DNA of 64,000 nucleotides from Nitrososphaerota archaeon (GTDB lineage Archaea; Thermoproteota; Nitrososphaeria_A; Caldarchaeales; JAVZCJ01): NCBI GenBank assembly GCA_038874475.1, contig JAVZCJ010000002.1, positions 12,964 to 76,963 of the forward strand, read 5' to 3'. Shown piece by piece: positions 1 to 8,011 of this stretch (position 1 is its first letter; each line of letters starts with the position of its first letter). The notes under the pieces were generated by a model. It saw only the letters and a program-made list of their open reading frames with translations, ran no database searches and was not told where the DNA came from. The position numbers and the translations under genes were made by a program.

Positions 1-293
1 ATATGGTCTCTTTGATAACCATAGACCTCAATTAAAGTATTAAGCATATCTAAAGCATCATCATCTGCATATTTGATATCGTTTGCTGTTCCGTAATAAT
101 CTGAAATTCCAATAATCACAGCCCATTTATGATCTAGGTCTGGAGGTGAATCGCCAAGCATACCAGTTGCTGTTGGAGGAGCAGGTTTACCTTTACCTTT
201 TGGTGATCCTTTAATAGAAATTTTAGGTGTTATTTCTACATCAGAAGCTTCATTATTGCTTGCATATGCTATTGGCATTAAGAAAATACTCAT
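1..293 (-). CDS. Secreted caspase-like (peptidase C14/clan CD) domain protein, N-terminal part only (gene continues beyond window start)
   Basis: Reverse-strand translation from ATG at 293..291 gives MSIFLMPIAYASNNEAS... (signal peptide). It continues ...DHKWAVIIGISDYYGTANDIKYADDDALDMLNTL, which matches the start of the caspase/metacaspase domain (hydrophobic strand + GI.dY...ndl..adnDa..m). The plus-strand ORF 256..453 in the track is the antisense artefact. Confidence 0.45.
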   Translation of the reverse strand, partial: MSIFLMPIAYASNNEASDVEITPKISIKGSPKGKGKPAPPTATGMLGDSPPDLDHKWAVIIGISDYYGTANDIKYADDDALDMLNTLIEVYGYQRDH

Positions 294-463
294 AAAAATT
301 ATTAATAGTATAAAAAATGCGATTTTTTCAATTTTTTATACCTTCTTGTTTTTTAAATCCTTTATTGTGGTATTTAAACTTTCTTTAATTATAATTCTAA
401 AATCGGTTTTCCTCCTTTTTAAAAATTTTAGTAAGTGCGTAATTCAAATTTAAATATAAGATT

Positions 464-1756
464 TTGAAAATCTTTTTAAAAATGGAGAAGATGAAAATTT
501 CAATTCCTTATGGATTATCTATAAAAGAATTTGAAATTGAAAAAGAGAGAATTTTAAATTATATACAACATCCTTTACAAAAATATCCAAAATATAATGA
601 AGAAGAAAATGAAATCGAGAATGCTCTTTTAAATCCTATAAATTGTGAAAGAATTAAAAAATTTTGTAATGAAAATTCTAAAATTGTTATATTAATTGAT
701 GATCAAACAAGACCAACTCCAGCTTATAAAGTTGTTCCATTTATTTTAAAAGAATTAAAAGAAGCAAATGTGAAAAATGAAAATGTATCTTTTATTATTG
801 CTAGAGGAACACATAGAAAACCTTCTAGAAAAGAAATTATTGAAAAAATTGGAAAAGATATTTTTGAAAAATATATCGTGAAAATACATGATTGTGATAA
901 AAATATTGCTTACCTTGGAAAAACTTCTAGAGGTACACCAATATGGATTAATGAAGAAGTTTTGAATGCTGATTTTAGAATTTCTATTGGAAGTGTAGTT
1001 TCTCATCCTCTTGCAGGTTATGGTGGAGGAGCAAAGATTATTACTCCAGGAGTTTCAGGAAGAGAAACGATTAATTATAATCATAGTTTAGTAAATGAGC
1101 TAAATGTTAATGTAGGAATTACTGATGGAAATCCTATAAGAGAAGATATGGAAGAAATTGCAAGAAAAGCAAAATTGGATTTTAGTATAAATCTTATTTT
1201 GAATGAAAGAAGAGATATAATTAAAGCATTTTGTGGAGATTTTATAAAATCTCATAGAGAATGCGTTAAAGAATATGAAAAAATTTATGGTGTAAAAATT
1301 AGTGAGCAGGCTGATATTTTAATACTTGGATCATGTCCAAGAGATGCAACTTTTGGTCATGCAACATTCGCATTATATTCTGCTATTCCATTAGTAAAAG
1401 AAAAAGGAACAATAATTTTAGTAGCACCTTGTTTTGATGGTCCTGGAAATCGTTTAGAAAGGCTTGCTTTTAAAGAATTAGCATATATAGAGCCAGAAGA
1501 ACTTATGAAGCAAATAAAAGAAGGGATAGTAGAAGCTTCTGGAGGAGCATTTGATTATTGCTATTCTAAAGTTTTGAAAAGGAATAGGATTATTTTAGTT
1601 TCAGACAATTATAAAAAGAATGAAGCTGAAGAACTTGGTGTGAATTATGCAAATTCAATAGAAGAAGCATTGGAAGATGCTTTTGAATATCATGGAAAAG
1701 ATGCAAGGGTTACAATAGCACCATATGGTGGAATGACAATTGTTTTACAAAAATAG
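464..1756 (+). CDS. larA: LarA-family nickel-pincer (NPN) dependent lactate racemase-like protein
   Basis: 430 aa. The N-domain motifs DDQTRPTP and ARGTHR are typical of the LarA N-terminal domain (DUF2088), followed by the LarA C-terminal domain. The true start may be the internal Met (MEKMKIS). Confidence 0.6.
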   Translation: MKIFLKMEKMKISIPYGLSIKEFEIEKERILNYIQHPLQKYPKYNEEENEIENALLNPINCERIKKFCNENSKIVILIDDQTRPTPAYKVVPFILKELKEANVKNENVSFIIARGTHRKPSRKEIIEKIGKDIFEKYIVKIHDCDKNIAYLGKTSRGTPIWINEEVLNADFRISIGSVVSHPLAGYGGGAKIITPGVSGRETINYNHSLVNELNVNVGITDGNPIREDMEEIARKAKLDFSINLILNERRDIIKAFCGDFIKSHRECVKEYEKIYGVKISEQADILILGSCPRDATFGHATFALYSAIPLVKEKGTIILVAPCFDGPGNRLERLAFKELAYIEPEELMKQIKEGIVEASGGAFDYCYSKVLKRNRIILVSDNYKKNEAEELGVNYANSIEEALEDAFEYHGKDARVTIAPYGGMTIVLQK

Positions 1757-1795
1757 ATAAAGAAATGTTAGTTTTTTATTAATTGATTATCTTTT

Positions 1796-3034
1796 TTAAG
1801 TATTATTGGAACGTTTTTCCTTCTTAATACGTTTAAGAAATATTAAGAGTAAAACTATAGCTATTAATATTATGATTATTATAATAATTAGAATAATCAT
1901 ACCAATTGATGATGTTGAAATTTCAGACGTAGTGATAGCAGTATAAGATGGAGAAGTGTAAGTAGTTAATGTTGTTAATGTTAATGAAGTTATAGTTTGA
2001 GTAGGTGAAACAATAGACGTTGTAATTGTTGTTTCTATAGCTGTTATTATTGTATAGAATTTAATTAATTCCATTAGAGGATATCTATCAATTTGTTCCT
2101 CAGAAATTTTGTATGGAATATCACCTACTCCATCATGATTTTGATCTGAACCTTTGTAATCATCCCAAAAGTTTCCTAAGCAGCCATGATATTTCTTTTT
2201 GTCATAAATATAATCTAAAGGTTCAGAATTCCAGATTGTATTTGCTTTTTCAATTGCTATATGTTGATCATTTGCTACAAAATTGTTTAAGTATATTGAG
2301 TTTCCTGGAGAATTGACTCTAATGCCTACTTGGCAACCTGTTATACTATTTAAGAAAATCTCAACATATGAACCACTTTCTAAATTAATACCATCTTTAA
2401 GACATGATGAAATAATATTATGACTTATAGTTATATCATGATTATTATGCCTAAGATGTATTCCATGCCAATCCATACCAATTATAAGGTTATCTGAAAT
2501 TGTACAATAATCTGAACGGTCCATTCTTATTCCATGAAAAGTTTCTCTTAAAGTATTATTTTCTATTTTTATGCCATGACAGTTATCTAAAATTATTGCA
2601 ATATTAATATTTGGACCTTTTATTATGTTTGATTTAATGTGAACATTGTTTGACATTATTTCCATTCCATAAGCAATAGAATCTTTATCATTGATTAATG
2701 TGAAACCTTGGAATACTATATTTTTACAAGCAATGATTTCAATAATATTCTCTTCACTGATTTCTTTAGTATTACATATTATTGTATATTTTGGTCCATG
2801 CTCAGATTTTATAACTAAATCATTTTTCTCTTCAATGATAATATTCTCTCTATAGGTTCCATCTCTTACGATTATTGTTGTTCCAGGAATCGCATTATTT
2901 ATAGCATCTTGTATTGTTGGAAAATTATCTGGAACATAAATTGTTTTGCTTGCTTGTACTTGTAAGCAAATCGGAACAAATGCTATTATTAATATACAAA
3001 TAAGTATGCCTATAACAACTTTCAAATGCTTCAA
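1796..3034 (-). CDS. Secreted right-handed parallel beta-helix (NosD/pectate-lyase-like) repeat surface protein with Thr-rich linker and C-terminal TM anchor
   Basis: N-terminal signal peptide. Repeated PbH1-type turns (TIYVPDNFPTIQDAINNA..GTTIIVRDGTY; NN..I..N.I.G). Thr/Ser-rich stalk (TITTSIVSPTQTITSLTLTTLTTYTSPSYTAITTSE), then a hydrophobic helix plus KR-rich tail. Confidence 0.6.
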   Translation of the reverse strand: MKHLKVVIGILICILIIAFVPICLQVQASKTIYVPDNFPTIQDAINNAIPGTTIIVRDGTYRENIIIEEKNDLVIKSEHGPKYTIICNTKEISEENIIEIIACKNIVFQGFTLINDKDSIAYGMEIMSNNVHIKSNIIKGPNINIAIILDNCHGIKIENNTLRETFHGIRMDRSDYCTISDNLIIGMDWHGIHLRHNNHDITISHNIISSCLKDGINLESGSYVEIFLNSITGCQVGIRVNSPGNSIYLNNFVANDQHIAIEKANTIWNSEPLDYIYDKKKYHGCLGNFWDDYKGSDQNHDGVGDIPYKISEEQIDRYPLMELIKFYTIITAIETTITTSIVSPTQTITSLTLTTLTTYTSPSYTAITTSEISTSSIGMIILIIIIIIILIAIVLLLIFLKRIKKEKRSNNT

Positions 3035-3496
3035 CAGATTTCACCTTAAAAAATTTTTCCATTTTTTATATTTAAATTTTTTGTTTTTAGAAAAAGGGCT
3101 TTATGCAGAGATTAATGAAGTATTTTTCAAATTATACAATTCCCTTAATCTTTTTTACTAAATGTTTCATCAAATCTAAATCACTTTCAAATTTTTTTGA
3201 AAACAATCGAAGAGATAAGAGAAGTGTTAGCAGAACATAAGGAAGAGCTTCAAAAAAGATTTAAAGTAAACAATAAAAGAATTTTTAATATTTAATTAGA
3301 TATTAGATGGTTGAAAAAGTACCTGGATGGATTGAAAGAATTTTATTAACAAAATTAAGTGAGATAACTGGAGAAATTAAAGCAATTAATGCAAGAATTG
3401 ATTCTTTAGAAAAAAGAATCCAAATGATGGAGAAATTAACAGAATTTGGAAATTAGAATAAGTAGATTAGAAAAAGAAAAACAAATATCTACTTCT

Positions 3497-3553
3497 TAAT
3501 TTTAAACATACTTTAAAAAACAAATTAAAAGATATTTATAATATTATATTTTT
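3497..3553. repeat. Direct repeat A, copy 1 (upstream flank of vapBC cassette 1)
   Basis: TAATTTTAAACATACTTTAAAAAACAAATTAAAAGATATTTATAATATTATATTTTT recurs at 4664..4721, about 50 of 57 nt identical with a 34-nt near-exact core. This is too long for chance even in AT-rich DNA. Confidence 0.6.
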
Positions 3554-3661
3554 GGAGATAATATTTTTATTCTTAAAAAATCATAAATATTCAAAATTTC
3601 TGGAAAATATAGATGACTTCTAAAGAGAAGATATTCTGCAAGCCTTATTCATAGCATCTTA

Positions 3662-4063
3662 CTATTCCATAAATATGACTTCACTTAAGCTCCTAAAGTG
3701 CTCATCTCCTGTTATTATTTTAGCCTTAAGAATTCTACTTGTAGCTAATATTATTCCATCTGTTAAACTTGGAGCCTTCAGTTTCTCAGCCCTAACTTTT
3801 TCGAGAAGTTCCAAGTATGCTTTCCCAGCTTCTATACTTAAATTGACATCCATCTCAATAATAGTACTCTTTGCTACAATAAAATCCAATCTCTTTCGAA
3901 CTTCTCTCTCATCTATACCCTCACGTAAATATTTTCTTGCAATTTCAGCAAGAACTATAGAAGGAGTGACTGCCTCTCCAGATTCTATGTATTTTTCTAC
4001 TTTTGTTCCTTTCTCGCTACCAAGAAAATACTCTACCCAAGCATAGCTATCTACTACTATCAA
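3662..4063 (-). CDS. vapC: PIN-domain toxin VapC (cassette 1)
   Basis: 133 aa. Acidic residues at N-terminus (MIVVDSYAWVEY), an internal D/E and a C-terminal D, giving PIN topology. Overlaps the upstream RHH gene by 4 nt. Confidence 0.75.
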   Translation of the reverse strand: MIVVDSYAWVEYFLGSEKGTKVEKYIESGEAVTPSIVLAEIARKYLREGIDEREVRKRLDFIVAKSTIIEMDVNLSIEAGKAYLELLEKVRAEKLKAPSLTDGIILATSRILKAKIITGDEHFRSLSEVIFME

Positions 4064-4269
4064 ACTCTGTCCTCCATTCTATCTTCTTCTTTAAAGCTTG
4101 AAATCTTTCCTTTATCAATACCAAACATTTTGCTTGGCAAATCTAGCTTCTCTTCTATAAGCTTCTCAATAACTTCATCATAACTTTTAGCTCCCATTCT
4201 TTTCTTCAGAATTTCTAACATTTTTAGATTTTTCTTCTTTAATTGTATTGTTGAGATATTACCCCTCAT
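4060..4269 (-). CDS. vapB: Ribbon-helix-helix antitoxin VapB (cassette 1)
   Basis: 69 aa. N-terminal beta-strand plus two helices (ISTIQLKKKNLKMLEILKKRMG..SYDEVIEKLIEE). ATGA-type overlap with vapC. Confidence 0.65.
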   Translation of the reverse strand: MRGNISTIQLKKKNLKMLEILKKRMGAKSYDEVIEKLIEEKLDLPSKMFGIDKGKISSFKEEDRMEDRV

Positions 4270-4663
4270 GCCATTATCTATAGATTATAGGCTATAGTAT
4301 ATATTTAAGTTTTTCTTTATCTTAAGAATATTAAAATGAAACTTCAATAAATTGTTAAAAAGGCTTTAGATTGTCTTTTCTACTACTCTTAAATCGCGAA
4401 GAAATATATAGAAGAGTATAAGAATAATTATTTTAAAAAATTTATAACAATCTATTTCTATATTCCTTCTTTAATTTTTTATTTCTTTAATTCTATTTAT
4501 TTTTTCATAATATTTTAAGTTGGCTTTTAAATGATTTATGATTTTAATTTATTTGTTCATAATATCTCTTTTTTAATTAATATTCTTGGAATTCTATTTC
4601 TTTTAATGAAATTGTTTTAGAATAATAGAAAATCATTAATACTCTAAATGAAACTGTTCCAAT

Positions 4664-4721
4664 TAATTTTAAACATACTTTTAAAAAACAAATTAAAATA
4701 TATTAAAATATTATTTTTAAA
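4664..4721. repeat. Direct repeat A, copy 2 (downstream flank of vapBC cassette 1)
   Basis: Matches 3497..3553 (see copy 1). Confidence 0.6.
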
Positions 4722-4793
4722 GAAAATATAGTAGTGCTGCAACATATTCCATCAATACATAAATTTAGGAAAATAGCAGTTATTTCTCATTTT

Positions 4794-5567
4794 TCATTTT
4801 TGACATTTAGGACATACAAAAGTTTTCCTCTTTATTGGCTCTTGAAGATAGAATTTCAATTCATTCCCACAAATCTTACATTTTCCTCTATATCTATTAT
4901 AAACATAAAGAATTGGCCCAATTTTCTTTCTCTCAATTTTTAGCCTAAGGAATTCTTTACTGATTTCCTCACAAATACTAACTATTTTCTCGATTTCTTC
5001 AATAGTTAGATCCTTTATTTTTCTCTCTGGACTTATTCCTGCCTTGAACAATATCTCATTTCTCAATATGTTACCTATTCCTGCTATTGCAGACTGGTTT
5101 AGAAGAACTACGCCTATCTTCTCATCTTTAAATTTTAATATGTTCTGGATAGCTTTCTCCTTGTTCCATTCTTTACTTAAAGGATCTGGACCAAGCTCAT
5201 TTCTTAAACTTTCCAAAATTCTATCCTTTCTATCAATCTCAATTATTGGAGCATTGTAAACAACAAGCTTCTTCTTTTCACCTTCTATTAGGATCTTAAC
5301 TTGTCTCTCCGGCTTAAGAAGAGGTTCGCTTATCTCATATATGTGAATTGCTCCATACATCATTAAATGAACTCTTATTACAACATCATCAAAGAAAAAT
5401 AAAATGTTTTTACCTATTGAATCTGAATTCAAAAATTCCTTCTTTACAATTGTATCAAGAGGAATAAATATCCTTTTCGATTTCACAAATATATTATTTA
5501 CAATCTCGCCACTAAATTCTCGATTAATCCTAATAGTATAAGCCTTGGCTGTAGGCCCTTCAACCAT
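4794..5567 (-). CDS. nei: Fpg/Nei-family DNA glycosylase/AP lyase with NEIL3-like N-terminal valine
   Basis: 257 aa. N-terminus MVEGP (Fpg/Nei MPEGPE-type motif, with Val2 as in NEIL3). H2TH motif LLNQSAIAGIGNILRNEILFKAGISP. C-terminal zinc finger CKICGN..x16..CPKCQK. Confidence 0.75.
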   Translation of the reverse strand: MVEGPTAKAYTIRINREFSGEIVNNIFVKSKRIFIPLDTIVKKEFLNSDSIGKNILFFFDDVVIRVHLMMYGAIHIYEISEPLLKPERQVKILIEGEKKKLVVYNAPIIEIDRKDRILESLRNELGPDPLSKEWNKEKAIQNILKFKDEKIGVVLLNQSAIAGIGNILRNEILFKAGISPERKIKDLTIEEIEKIVSICEEISKEFLRLKIERKKIGPILYVYNRYRGKCKICGNELKFYLQEPIKRKTFVCPKCQK

Positions 5568-5607
5568 ATTTAGAAAGTTTAGATTTGTTTGAATAAAAGT
5601 TTATTTT

Positions 5608-6678
5608 TTAAGGAATTATCTCAATTGTATTATTATATTTTGGATAAATTAGGTCTTCAATAGTAAAACCTGCTTTTGAAGATGCTTCTTTAATCTTCTC
5701 TAAATTCTCTTTAACTAAATCTATAATATATTTGGAACATGCACATATTGCTTTCATTCCTTCTTCTCCCCAAATTCTCTCAATATGTGTATAAAGACAA
5801 CGAGTTCCACAAATTCTAAGATAGCCACAAGAAATGCATGGCTCATTTACAATAGGTTTTCTATTTTCTAAATCTTCTCTAGAAATTTCCCAAATATAAC
5901 CAACACGGGCCCAATTTTCATAAACAGCTATAGGACATGAAATTACTTTACCATCAGTTAATATTGCAAAAGAATCAATACCGGAGCCACAAGGAGGAAA
6001 ATTACTTCCTTTCATAATTCCTTTCAATATTCCTTGAAAAGGTGCAATACCATCAATGAATCCTTTTTCTAAATTGCTAATCCATTCTTTAATCAATCTC
6101 TTTAAGCCGGGTTTGTATTTCTCTTCTATCCATCCCCATAAGTCCTTCCACCTTTCTTTTTCAGTCCAAACAAAGCTCAATTGCCAATGAATATGATCAA
6201 ATAAATTTGTAGAGAGAAGATGTTTAACATCTCTGTATATATCGCTATCTTCGGTAACCGTCATCCTTGCAATTATGTCTCCTTTGAAAACCTTTCTAAC
6301 TTTTTTGACATTTTTAATTACTCTTTCATAAACTCCAGGACCCCTATTCTTGTTTGTTAATTCTCTCTCACCATCTATTGAAATGAGCAATGCATCTATT
6401 TTGGAAAGATATTTCTCTTCAATTCTATCTAATAGTAAGCCATTGGTTTGTATAATCCACTTACTTACGATTACTTTATCCATAACTTCCTTCATAAAAC
6501 CATAATTTAAAAGAGGCTCGCCACCATAGAAAGCAACTATATCTTCTTTTTTAAATAAACTTAATAAATCTTCCAATTTATAATTAACATTCCAAGGAAC
6601 AATTTTAGAATTAAAGCTTCCACCACAATAGCTACAATTTAAATTGCATTTGCCGGTTGTATAGATAATGAAGAGCAT
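5608..6678 (-). CDS. Radical SAM enzyme with C-terminal SPASM-like Cys cluster (peptide/cofactor maturase family)
   Basis: 356 aa. CNLNCSYCGG (CxxxCxxC) at residues 11-18, and the C-terminal motif CISCGYLRICGTRC. Substrate unknown. Confidence 0.7.
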   Translation of the reverse strand: MLFIIYTTGKCNLNCSYCGGSFNSKIVPWNVNYKLEDLLSLFKKEDIVAFYGGEPLLNYGFMKEVMDKVIVSKWIIQTNGLLLDRIEEKYLSKIDALLISIDGERELTNKNRGPGVYERVIKNVKKVRKVFKGDIIARMTVTEDSDIYRDVKHLLSTNLFDHIHWQLSFVWTEKERWKDLWGWIEEKYKPGLKRLIKEWISNLEKGFIDGIAPFQGILKGIMKGSNFPPCGSGIDSFAILTDGKVISCPIAVYENWARVGYIWEISREDLENRKPIVNEPCISCGYLRICGTRCLYTHIERIWGEEGMKAICACSKYIIDLVKENLEKIKEASSKAGFTIEDLIYPKYNNTIEIIP

Positions 6679-6958
6679 TTCCCTTAATTATAAATAGGAA
6701 AAATATTTTTCTATAAAAATTTTGCTCTAAGGAGCTAGAAATAATTAGAACGAAAATTACTTAACTCTTGAAAAATCGAAGAAAGCATCTTAAAAAATAT
6801 AAGGAAAAAGTCATTAAAGCATATGAGATACATCTTATTTTCTTTTATTTTTATGTGACCTATTCTTTAACTAAAAATCTAAATTTAATAAACTTAAAAA
6901 TCTTATGGATATAAAAACTTATTAAAAACTTTTAATAATAATCTTCTAGGTTAGAATT

Positions 6959-7450
6959 GTGATTAGAGAAGATATAATAGAATTACTTAAATGGTTATCT
7001 GAGAGGATTGAAAAATCTATAAAATTAAATTCTCTTATTTTATTCGGATCTTATTCAAGAGGAGAAGAAAAATTTGAAAGCGATTTAGATTTATTAATAA
7101 TATCTGAAGATTTCCCTAATAAATTTACTAGTAGATTCGATATTTTAAGACCTTTCTTTAAAGAAGCGAAAAATCATCCAATTTATAAGAAAATTAAAGA
7201 AAATGGCTATTATCTACAATTTAGTCCTATTCCTTATAAACCTAATGAATTAAAAGATACTCCTCCTCTTTTGCTTGATTTAGTAGAAGATGGTTTAATT
7301 ATAAAAGATGATGGAACATTTAGTAAGAAAATTAAAGAATTAAAAGAAAAACTTGAATTATTAGGTGCAAAAAGGAGCGTAACTAGTAAAGGGAATAGAT
7401 ATTGGATACTTAAACCTAATCTAGAACGGGGTGAGGTAATAGAACTTTGA
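6959..7450 (+). CDS. Minimal nucleotidyltransferase (MNT) of an MNT/HEPN toxin-antitoxin-like pair
   Basis: 163 aa. NTase motif LILFGSYSRGEEKFESDLDLLII (GS...DxD). Overlaps the HEPN gene by 4 nt. Confidence 0.7.
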   Translation: MIREDIIELLKWLSERIEKSIKLNSLILFGSYSRGEEKFESDLDLLIISEDFPNKFTSRFDILRPFFKEAKNHPIYKKIKENGYYLQFSPIPYKPNELKDTPPLLLDLVEDGLIIKDDGTFSKKIKELKEKLELLGAKRSVTSKGNRYWILKPNLERGEVIEL

Positions 7451-7854
7451 GAAGTAAAGAAATGGCTAAAAGTTATCTTGAAGATGCTAAAATAGCATTT
7501 AATAAAAGGATTTTTCATAGAGTTGTAAGACTTTGCCAAGAAGCTACAGAATTAGCTCTTAAAGCATGTTTAAGGATAATTGCAATAGAATATCCAAAAA
7601 ATCATGAAGTTTCAGATGTTTTAATAGAAAATAAAGATAAATTTCCAGAATGGTTTAAAGAGAAAATAGAATATTTGAATGAAGCAAGCAATTGGCTTTC
7701 TGAGAAAAGAGGGGTAGCAATGTATGGAGATGAGATCGGAGGCATACCAGCTTTAAAATTATTTGATGAAAATGATGGAAAAAAAGCTTTAGAATATGCC
7801 AATGAAGTTATTAGATTAGCAATTAAATTTTTTGAAGAATTTTATTCTACTTGA
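7447..7854 (+). CDS. HEPN domain protein (partner of MNT)
   Basis: 135 aa, all-helical. The HEPN-type start (AKSYLEDAKIAFNKRIFHRVVRLCQEATELALKACL) and operonic overlap with the MNT gene. Confidence 0.6.
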   Translation: MRSKEMAKSYLEDAKIAFNKRIFHRVVRLCQEATELALKACLRIIAIEYPKNHEVSDVLIENKDKFPEWFKEKIEYLNEASNWLSEKRGVAMYGDEIGGIPALKLFDENDGKKALEYANEVIRLAIKFFEEFYST

Positions 7855-8011
7855 TATTGAGTTTTCTTTAACCGCTTCTATCAATAGCATTGTTGCTATA
7901 TTTCTTTCTTGTATTATTTGTTAATTTTAAGAGAAGGAAAAAATAGAAATTAGTAATGAAAAAATTTGTAATTAATATTATTCTAGGATTTGCTTTTTTT
8001 GATATACTTTT

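Noticed and set aside
256-453. Plus-strand 65-aa ORF at the window start
   Set aside because: It is antisense to the clearly coding minus-strand signal-peptide plus caspase-like region (ATG at 293). The product is a low-complexity I/K/F-rich translation of AT-rich DNA.
755-1006. Minus-strand 83-aa ORF inside larA
   Set aside because: Embedded antisense in a well-supported gene. Low-complexity product.
1900-2100. Thr/Ser-rich tracts (also 30760-30900, 62930-63060) as DNA tandem repeats
   Set aside because: These are compositionally biased protein linkers (stalks of surface proteins). The underlying DNA is not a tandemly repeated unit.
3307-3456. 49-codon ORF (MVEKVPGWIERILLTKLSEITGEIKAINARIDSLEKRIQMMEKLTEFGN) just upstream of repeat A
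   Set aside because: Plausible coiled-coil micro-protein, but it is too short and has no conservation evidence available. It was not listed as a feature.
3675-4046. Plus-strand 123-aa ORF covering vapC
   Set aside because: Antisense to the PIN-domain gene, whose motifs and overlap with the RHH antitoxin are convincing. The product is Ser/Leu-rich with no motif.
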